Source of the DNA: a virus
Lineage: Duplodnaviria; Caudoviricetes
Strand: one strand, 5' to 3'
DNA: 33,046 bases
Virus record (IMG/VR): IMGVR_UViG_3300002307_000150
Location: 1-33,046 of that record
Made by a program: the position numbers and the translations under genes. Below the pieces are notes generated by a model. That model was given only the letters and a program-made list of their open reading frames with translations. It searched no databases and had not been told where the DNA came from. How positions within the stretch are numbered: position 1 is the stretch's first letter; each line of letters begins with the position of its first letter. Below, piece after piece: positions 27,043 to 33,046 of this stretch.

Positions 27043-29097
27043 TTAGCCCTTTGGACGGTAATATTTGGTAGCGTTCTTATGCTCCCCCTGCACTTTTACC
27101 TCCACCTTTCCAGCATCTAAAAGTTCTGCCAGTGCCTCTAAAAGATACGTCTTTTTTCCTCCAATCTCTTCGTAAATTTTGTTCGTACTGACACCTAAGA
27201 AGCTGTACAGACCTTCATCCATTGCCTGTTTCCATTCCCTTTTAATATAGTCTAATACCCTTATTAAACGCATAGAATCATCCATGTTTTTATTACGCGC
27301 AGATACTTCAGCTTTCCTCGCTTCCATCGAATCATCACCAAACAAAGGCTGGGGGATACCAAACCTATATACTATATCTTGAGTTTCTCCCCACGGAGTT
27401 AATACTTGTTCATTACCTGTAACAGTATCCATTTCCATTTCATTAAAAGCCGCCTCAAAACGCTTCTTACCGAGTACAAAAAAACGCTTATCAGGTATAT
27501 CTTCATCTTTCACCAAGAACGCCACACCATGAGCGTCACCGACCCAAGCGCCACCACCTCTAGGAGAGAGTTCATCAGGAGCTGAGGTGCGTGTAATGGC
27601 TTTTGCTAAATGCGCTATGAGCCACATAGAACCACCGTTGAGTGTTTTCTTGATCGACCCTATGGCCCTACCGATCTCAGCATTATCGTTCTCATTGTCT
27701 AGGTCGATGGTTGCGTTACTGGTATCAAAAATAATCAGCGGCTCAATAATGTAATGGTTTTTATCTGCCTCAGCTTCGTATGAGTACCGTTCTCGCCAGA
27801 ACTCTATAGACTTAGCTAGTTGTTCTGGTTTCCTTCTGTTTGCAGGAATCACATGGAACCATTCATCAAACTCAGTTGCAGACGCAACCTGTTCAGCGCT
27901 CATCATCATACCCTTAACAATGCGCCGGAGCTGTCCAGGGTCTTCTGTAACGTAGATCACCTTTCTGCGTAATTCGATCCTAATGTCAGGAACCTGCCAC
28001 AGACCTGCAACAATAGCAGCAATCGGAACCACCGCTGAAGTTTTTCCGACACCGGCAGCCCCTGCTATTACCGTCACACCTGTGCCGATAAAACCGTCTA
28101 CTGTGTACTCAATGTAATCAAAGTTACCACTAAAGAAACGGTTGCCTATGGGTTCATCATAAATAGGATCATGAACAACCGCATGATTCGAGTTAGACTT
28201 AGGATTAACCCACCCCAGTTTCTGAGCCTCTTTAAGGATGTGCCGGTAATCCATTTCGTTTTTGGTATCGACCGGAAAAGTTTCCCACTTGTTTCTTGAT
28301 TCAGCCGGATCATACACATCACTCGATTGCGACCATTCCACCCAAAGTGAGCGCCCATCTTCACCGTGTTTTTTAAGCGCGATACCAAACTCTATCCACG
28401 CCTCATAATCATCAGCCCTCACTCGTGTTAATGCTGATCGAATATCAGCCACCTGTGCAGGTTCTAAGTGATGCTCACCGTAACTGGTCGTTTGCTGTGC
28501 GCCCTTAGCTCTACGCGCCTCATACGGCCTTAAAACTTGCTCCACAAACGCAGATAGATCGGTCAGTGATTCGCACCTGTGCGCTGCCCCTGTAACCGTG
28601 AAGAACCTGCCTGTAGAGTAGGCTTCGATGCCGTCTTCTTTACTAGAGCCAATCGCTTTGAACTCTTTACCGTAACTGATTGCGTGTACACCATCACCAT
28701 TAGGAGATGATTCAACGTAGCCTGGTAGGTCGTTCCATAAGGTCTGAAGGTGCGCGTGTTTAGAGATCTCATCGAAGTCTATGCCTTGCCAGTAGTTGCC
28801 GGTTCCATCAGGTCCAAGCGCAAATCCAAGACCCGCATAAGGTTCAGGACTATTTAGGATTGCATCGGATGCCTGATCAAAGGTTGCAAGTTCAAATAAA
28901 TCTTCAGCGGTATCGGTGGACTTGCGCGTGTAGCCTGAAATATAAAACGGAACCTTTCTAGGCTTTTTACCGACCACAGGATGCGGAACTTCCTTCCACA
29001 ACAACCAACGCTTTGCATGGAGCATAGCATCAGGTATCTCATCGGCTAGACCTTCCAAACCGTCTAAAACCTCTCCTGTTTCCTTATCAATTAGCAT
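27043..29097 (-). CDS. Primase-polymerase (AEP) + PriCT-2 + AAA_25/RepA-like helicase
   Basis: WLLWK...KVPF, GLGFAL, GIDFD, ESSPNGDGVH, EAYSTGRFFTVTG; DYEAWIEFGIALK (PriCT-2); Walker A GAAGVGKT, YVTED, IIFDT; start revised to MLIDKETG. Confidence 0.9.
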   Translation of the reverse strand: MLIDKETGEVLDGLEGLADEIPDAMLHAKRWLLWKEVPHPVVGKKPRKVPFYISGYTRKSTDTAEDLFELATFDQASDAILNSPEPYAGLGFALGPDGTGNYWQGIDFDEISKHAHLQTLWNDLPGYVESSPNGDGVHAISYGKEFKAIGSSKEDGIEAYSTGRFFTVTGAAHRCESLTDLSAFVEQVLRPYEARRAKGAQQTTSYGEHHLEPAQVADIRSALTRVRADDYEAWIEFGIALKKHGEDGRSLWVEWSQSSDVYDPAESRNKWETFPVDTKNEMDYRHILKEAQKLGWVNPKSNSNHAVVHDPIYDEPIGNRFFSGNFDYIEYTVDGFIGTGVTVIAGAAGVGKTSAVVPIAAIVAGLWQVPDIRIELRRKVIYVTEDPGQLRRIVKGMMMSAEQVASATEFDEWFHVIPANRRKPEQLAKSIEFWRERYSYEAEADKNHYIIEPLIIFDTSNATIDLDNENDNAEIGRAIGSIKKTLNGGSMWLIAHLAKAITRTSAPDELSPRGGGAWVGDAHGVAFLVKDEDIPDKRFFVLGKKRFEAAFNEMEMDTVTGNEQVLTPWGETQDIVYRFGIPQPLFGDDSMEARKAEVSARNKNMDDSMRLIRVLDYIKREWKQAMDEGLYSFLGVSTNKIYEEIGGKKTYLLEALAELLDAGKVEVKVQGEHKNATKYYRPKG

Positions 29098-29269
29098 CTT
29101 CCTTGCCCTCAAAGTAGTCGCTTAATGCTTTAACTGCTTTATAAGACGGATTATCTTGTGTGTTTTTTCTGATCCTTTGTATTGTGTTGTAATGAAGTCC
29201 CGTAGCATCTGCCACTAAATCAATGCGCCGATCTAGGAGCGCCTCCCTAACTTGTTCAAGCGTCATCAT
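29087..29269 (-). CDS. Cro/XRE-like helix-turn-helix regulator
   Basis: VADATGLHYNTIQRIRK...NPSYKAVKALSDYF. Confidence 0.85.
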   Translation of the reverse strand: MMTLEQVREALLDRRIDLVADATGLHYNTIQRIRKNTQDNPSYKAVKALSDYFEGKEDAN

Positions 29270-29429
29270 TTTTTTTCACCAATGATTCCGCAAGACTTTC
29301 AACATCAGATAAGTGATTTTGTAATTGAAAAATGCTATTCCATAGTTGCTCATTTTCTCTTTTTAAAAAGTTAACTTCTAAGTTCATTCTTTTGTTCATG
29401 TAATACAATTCATCAATTTCAGAGTCCAT
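29256..29429 (-). CDS. Small coiled-coil hypothetical protein (57 aa), absent from the ORF track
   Basis: MDSEIDELYYMNKRMNLEVNFLKRENEQLWNSIFQLQNHLSDVESLAESLVKKNDDA; GAGGT RBS. Confidence 0.6.
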   Translation of the reverse strand: MDSEIDELYYMNKRMNLEVNFLKRENEQLWNSIFQLQNHLSDVESLAESLVKKNDDA

Positions 29430-29465
29430 TTTTACCTCATTTGTTAATTAAACAATCAAAACGTG

Positions 29466-29495
29466 TTGACACCATACATGAATTAGTCTTACCAT
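29466..29495 (+). promoter_or_regulatory. Sigma70-like rightward early promoter
   Basis: TTGACA-18 nt-TACCAT in the divergent intergenic region. Confidence 0.6.
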
Positions 29496-29553
29496 TCAAC
29501 TGTCGTCACAACTTGCATTGTGCAAACCGTGACATCAACAGGAGAAAAGCCTA

Positions 29554-30228
29554 ATGGCTATTAACTTAAAGACCACCGCAGGTCTACACGCGAACGGGGT
29601 CAAGTTGCTTGTTTACGGCCAAGCTGGAGCCGGAAAAACTTCACTCATACCTACCTTACCTAACCCAATTGTTTTAAGCGCTGAAGGAGGTCTTTTATCT
29701 ATTACGGATGCGGATGTACCTTTTATTGAGATCGCCTCAATGACAGACCTTACAGAAGCCTATGGTTGGATCACTGATTCTAATGAAGCTAAAGCGTTTG
29801 AATCTATTGCTTTGGATTCCATTAGTGAGATTGCTGAAGTGGTGCTGAATACGGAAAAGAAAAGCAGTAAAGATCCTAGACAAGCATACGGGGCCATGCA
29901 AGAGGCGATGACGGACATCATACGTTCGTTCCGCGACATTGCCGGTAAACACGTTTATATGTCTGCCAAGTTAGATAAGTCCCAAGATGAAATGGGACGT
30001 ATTTTGTATACACCTTCTATGCCGGGTAATAAGACAGGGCAATTGCTTCCGTACTTCTTTGATGAAGTGCTTGCCTTAAGAGTTGAAAAGAACGCTGACG
30101 GTGAATCCACTAGAGCGTTGATGTGTGACTCTGACGGGCTTTGGTTAGCTAAAGACCGATCAGGAAAGCTAGACGCATGGGAAGCACCCAACTTAGGAAC
30201 GATTATCCAGAAGATAGGTGGACAATGA
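29554..30228 (+). CDS. AAA_24 ATPase, Sak4-like single-strand annealing protein
   Basis: LLVYGQAGAGKT, LSAEGG, IALDSISE, AKDRSGKL; lies upstream of an SSB-like gene. Confidence 0.85.
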   Translation: MAINLKTTAGLHANGVKLLVYGQAGAGKTSLIPTLPNPIVLSAEGGLLSITDADVPFIEIASMTDLTEAYGWITDSNEAKAFESIALDSISEIAEVVLNTEKKSSKDPRQAYGAMQEAMTDIIRSFRDIAGKHVYMSAKLDKSQDEMGRILYTPSMPGNKTGQLLPYFFDEVLALRVEKNADGESTRALMCDSDGLWLAKDRSGKLDAWEAPNLGTIIQKIGGQ

Positions 30229-30608
30229 TCAATCAACTAGCAACTGAGTGGCTTATCGCTAAAGAAGCCGAACGATCGGCTACCGAAAAGCGTAGGGCCA
30301 TTGAAGATCAGTTAAAACTACACATGAAGATCCAAGAACAAGACGAGGGAACGATATCGCATAAGGAAAACCAATATACGATCAAGGCCACCTGCAGGAT
30401 GAACCGTAGAATTGACTCTGAAAAGCTATTGGCGATTGCAGGACAAAACGGTTACGCTGATCAACTGGCTAATCTTTTTAGATGGAAACCAGAAGTGATT
30501 CAATCTGCATGGAGAGCAGCCGATCCTAAGATGATACATACACTAAGCGCTGCCATTACGATTGAACCAGGCAGACCTTCTTTTACAATTTCAACAACAG
30601 GTGAATAA
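30225..30608 (+). CDS. Hypothetical protein of the recombination module
   Basis: ATGA overlap with the ATPase gives start MINQLATEW; N-terminal coiled coil, FRWKPE, PGRPSF. Confidence 0.7.
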   Translation: MINQLATEWLIAKEAERSATEKRRAIEDQLKLHMKIQEQDEGTISHKENQYTIKATCRMNRRIDSEKLLAIAGQNGYADQLANLFRWKPEVIQSAWRAADPKMIHTLSAAITIEPGRPSFTISTTGE

Positions 30609-30610
30609 CA

Positions 30611-31123
30611 ATGGCATTACTAAAAAACGTATTTGAACTTTCATCAGTACCTGAGCGTGAAGATCGCACCACTGACTTTTCTCCAATTCCTGCCGGTTGG
30701 TACACCGCGATGATGATGCGTACTGAGATCAGGCCCACTAAGAAAGGTGGTGAGATGATTAACATTCGTTATGACATCACAGGGCCGGAGCATGTAGGCC
30801 GTGTTGTGTTTGGTAACATCAACATTGCTAATGACAACCCTGTGGCCGTACAGATTGGCCATGAACAATTAGGTCAGATACTTCGCGCTATTGGTCTTGA
30901 TCGCTTGCGTGATACGGATGAGCTGTCGGGCCATACGCTTCAGATTAAGGTTGAGATCAGGAAGTCTGAAGGCTATCCTGATGCCAACGAAGTGAGGGCA
31001 TGGAGAGCGGTACAATCAACCGCACCTAAGTCACCATTCGCGGATCTCAAAAGCGATCTAGGAGCAGAACCTGCACCTAAGAAAGCGTCCACAGGTAAAG
31101 CTAACCCACCTTGGGTTAAATAA
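30611..31123 (+). CDS. DUF669 family putative ssDNA-binding protein
   Basis: FSPIPAGWY...GRVVF.N.NI.N...AVQIG..QL..I..AIG...NEVR; flexible tail ending in PPW. Confidence 0.8.
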   Translation: MALLKNVFELSSVPEREDRTTDFSPIPAGWYTAMMMRTEIRPTKKGGEMINIRYDITGPEHVGRVVFGNINIANDNPVAVQIGHEQLGQILRAIGLDRLRDTDELSGHTLQIKVEIRKSEGYPDANEVRAWRAVQSTAPKSPFADLKSDLGAEPAPKKASTGKANPPWVK

Positions 31124-31140
31124 CGATTGTCTCCCTCTTT

Positions 31141-31167
31141 GGCGGTCTTAATGGCCGCCTTTTTTTG
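31141..31167 (+). terminator. Rho-independent terminator
   Basis: GGCGGTC-ttaat-GGCCGCC followed by a run of eight T. Confidence 0.85.
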
Positions 31168-31181
31168 AGCATTAAAAACAC

Positions 31182-32180
31182 ATGAACATTCAAACCTTAA
31201 TAGACGCTCACCATGAATCTTTACAAGAACCACCGCGTAGTCACTTGGGATGCTCACAACTGGGACATTCCTGTGACCGCTGGCTGTGGTTATCATTTAG
31301 GTGGGCAGTTATACAACAGCATGAAGGAAGAATACTTAGGCTATTCAGACGCGGCCAGCTGGAAGAACTACAGTCTGTCAAAGACCTTCAAAGCATTGGT
31401 TGTAAATTTGGCAACGCCCAAAAGCGGGTGGAGTTCGGTTCTCACATATCCGGTTCCCTTGATGGCATATTAGAAGCTGGTTTACCGGACCATGAACTAA
31501 AGCGCTTTGTGGTTGAGTTTAAAACCCACAATAAGAAAAGCTTTGATGAGCTAGAGAAGAAAGGAGTTGAACTGTCCAAGCTGACGCATTGGGTCCAGAT
31601 GCAGGTTTATATGTTGGGTACACAAATAGACCAAGCACTGTATTACGCAACCTGCAAAGATGACGACCGGATCTACACCGAGATTGTGCCGTTAGACGCT
31701 GACCGAGCGCAGTATTACGTTAATCGAGGTAAGCGAATCGCATTGTCTGATTCGATGCCGGAACCGATCTCAAGCAATCCTAGTTGGTACGAGTGCAAAT
31801 TCTGCTCAGCATGGGAATTCTGCCATCAGACCAAAACCACCAAAAACGTTAACTGCCGTACCTGCGCCCATTCAACAGCCACCAAAGAAGGTACTGTTAC
31901 CTGTGCGCGATTCGAGAACGAGCCTATGCCGGTCGAGTGGCAACGACATGGCTGTGATCAGCATGTCCTGCACCCTGATCTAGTTCCTTGGCCTAGGGCT
32001 GTCAGTAAGGTCGAAGGTGAGGCGGTTTACATTATTGACGGTAAAGAGGTGCGTAACGGTGAACCGGATGCTTATGTGTTCAGCAGCAAGGAGATCCTAG
32101 CCAACCCTGTAGCGTGTGCGAATCAAGATTATTCTGTGCGTGAAATTAGGGATGAGTTTAATGCGGAGATTGTGGGATGA
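31182..32180 (+). CDS. Cas4-like PD-(D/E)XK exonuclease
   Basis: HLGCSQLGHSCDR, GSLDG...VEFKTH, QMQVYM, CKFC.AWEFC; second Cys cluster CRTCAH...C...C. Confidence 0.85.
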   Translation: MNIQTLIDAHHESLQEPPRSHLGCSQLGHSCDRWLWLSFRWAVIQQHEGRILRLFRRGQLEELQSVKDLQSIGCKFGNAQKRVEFGSHISGSLDGILEAGLPDHELKRFVVEFKTHNKKSFDELEKKGVELSKLTHWVQMQVYMLGTQIDQALYYATCKDDDRIYTEIVPLDADRAQYYVNRGKRIALSDSMPEPISSNPSWYECKFCSAWEFCHQTKTTKNVNCRTCAHSTATKEGTVTCARFENEPMPVEWQRHGCDQHVLHPDLVPWPRAVSKVEGEAVYIIDGKEVRNGEPDAYVFSSKEILANPVACANQDYSVREIRDEFNAEIVG

Positions 32181-32509
32181 GCCACAACAAAATTTGCACC
32201 AAATGTAATGCTAAAAAACCCATCACTGAGTTCTTTACCCAAAAGCAGGGCCGGTATCTGCAATCCTGGTGCAAGTCGTGTAAGTACGAGCAGTCCAATC
32301 GTATCAGACGCGGTAGAACTGGGCCGGAGCGTACCGAGGTCGGCGCATACCGGCGCGGAGAGGATCATCACAACGCGAAGTTAACGTATGACGAGGTAGG
32401 CTTTATAAAGAGCCGTATTGGGTCTTATACATGCGCTGAAATCGCTTCTATGTTCGGAGTACATAGGACCACGATTAGTGCGATTAAGACAGGAAGGAGT
32501 TGGTATTAA
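32177..32509 (+). CDS. Zn-finger plus HTH DNA-binding protein (HNH-endonuclease accessory domains without the nuclease)
   Basis: KICTKC...WCKSC followed by GEDHHNAKLT..EV..IK...EIA.MFGVHRTTISAIK.GRSW. Confidence 0.7.
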   Translation: MSHNKICTKCNAKKPITEFFTQKQGRYLQSWCKSCKYEQSNRIRRGRTGPERTEVGAYRRGEDHHNAKLTYDEVGFIKSRIGSYTCAEIASMFGVHRTTISAIKTGRSWY

Positions 32510-32517
32510 AAAAAGTG

Positions 32518-32546
32518 TTGACATCTATAGGTTATAGTCTTATTCT
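32518..32546 (+). promoter_or_regulatory. Sigma70-like early promoter
   Basis: TTGACA-17 nt-TATTCT, preceded by an A-tract (UP-like). Confidence 0.7.
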
Positions 32547-32589
32547 TATCACCAAGCCAACCGGCCAACAACGAAAATGAGATAAGAAC

Positions 32590-32778
32590 ATGAACACATT
32601 TGCAATCAATCAAATAGTTAAAGGTAAATTTGCTGGCACTTTTGTTATTTTAGGATTTTTTAAAAATGAAATTGGCGAAGATTGCGCTCAACTAAAAGCT
32701 GTAAACCCTGCCAACTACACAGAAAAAGCATTAGGCGAATTATCCCTTCCATTGAACAAACTTATAACAATCAATTAA
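32590..32778 (+). CDS. Small hypothetical early protein
   Basis: 62 aa ORF directly after the promoter; F.I.QIVKG start suggests a small beta-barrel. Confidence 0.65.
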   Translation: MNTFAINQIVKGKFAGTFVILGFFKNEIGEDCAQLKAVNPANYTEKALGELSLPLNKLITIN

Positions 32779-32820
32779 ACAACAACGGCCCCTTCGGGGG
32801 CCACCAACGGAGACACAACA

Positions 32821-32898
32821 ATGACAACATTCCTACAAATAGCATTTATCCTTTCAGTTATGACCTACGCTTTAGTCGGCTTTGTGATGGGGTACTAG
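32821..32898 (+). CDS. 25-aa hydrophobic single-TM peptide
   Basis: GGAG RBS; MTTFLQIAFILSVMTYALVGFVMGY. Confidence 0.5.
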   Translation: MTTFLQIAFILSVMTYALVGFVMGY

Positions 32899-32899
32899 C

Positions 32900-33046
32900 A
32901 TGGACTACGAACCCATAAACATTGCAGGGCTAAAGTACAAACAACCATGGTTAACACGCATTAGAGTGCGATTTATTGAGTGGCAAATTCAGCGTTGTTC
33001 TCAATTAGTATTTCGCTTGATTGATAAAGCCAATAAGCTAGAGGGC
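32900..33046 (+). CDS. Partial hypothetical protein running off the right edge
   Basis: MDYEPINIAGLKYKQPWLTRIRVRFIEWQIQRCSQLVFRLIDKANKLEG..., starting 1 nt after the previous stop. Confidence 0.45.
   Translation, partial: MDYEPINIAGLKYKQPWLTRIRVRFIEWQIQRCSQLVFRLIDKANKLEG

Noticed and set aside
1001-27071. Plus-strand ORFs antisense to the late genes (e.g. 2642..3034, 4069..4608, 23377..23847, 26793..27071) and alternate-frame minus-strand ORFs
   Set aside because: They overlap well-supported genes or the repeat region, lack recognisable motifs and look like shadow ORFs.
29737-32371. Minus-strand ORFs within the early plus-strand operon
   Set aside because: Antisense shadows of the ATPase, SSB-like and Cas4-like genes, with no independent support.

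Overview
This window is most of a tailed dsDNA phage genome with P22-like (podovirus) morphogenesis genes. The minus-strand block (about 1-29.4 kb), read right to left, encodes: a Cro-like HTH protein, a primase-polymerase/helicase, a repeat-rich putative origin, RusA, MazG-like and DUF3310 proteins, TerS and TerL, portal, scaffold, GroES, tRNA-Thr(UGU), P22-type coat, a decoration-like protein, two fibre/tailspike genes, gp4-like and gp10-like tail proteins, a stand-alone ADP-ribosyltransferase-like gene, a needle/fibre gene, a sulfotransferase plus Asp/Asn beta-hydroxylase pair, three ejection proteins, a collar-domain fibre and an M15 endolysin. A divergent plus-strand early block (29.5-33 kb) encodes a Sak4-like ATPase, a DUF669 SSB-like protein, a Cas4-like nuclease and small ORFs. 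No integrase, CRISPR array or reverse transcriptase is visible. The most unusual feature is a set of modifying enzymes (sulfotransferase, 2OG-Fe(II) hydroxylase, ART-like protein) embedded in the tail/ejection operon, suggesting a virion-protein modification or injected-effector system. All family calls come from motif recognition by eye; no searches were run.
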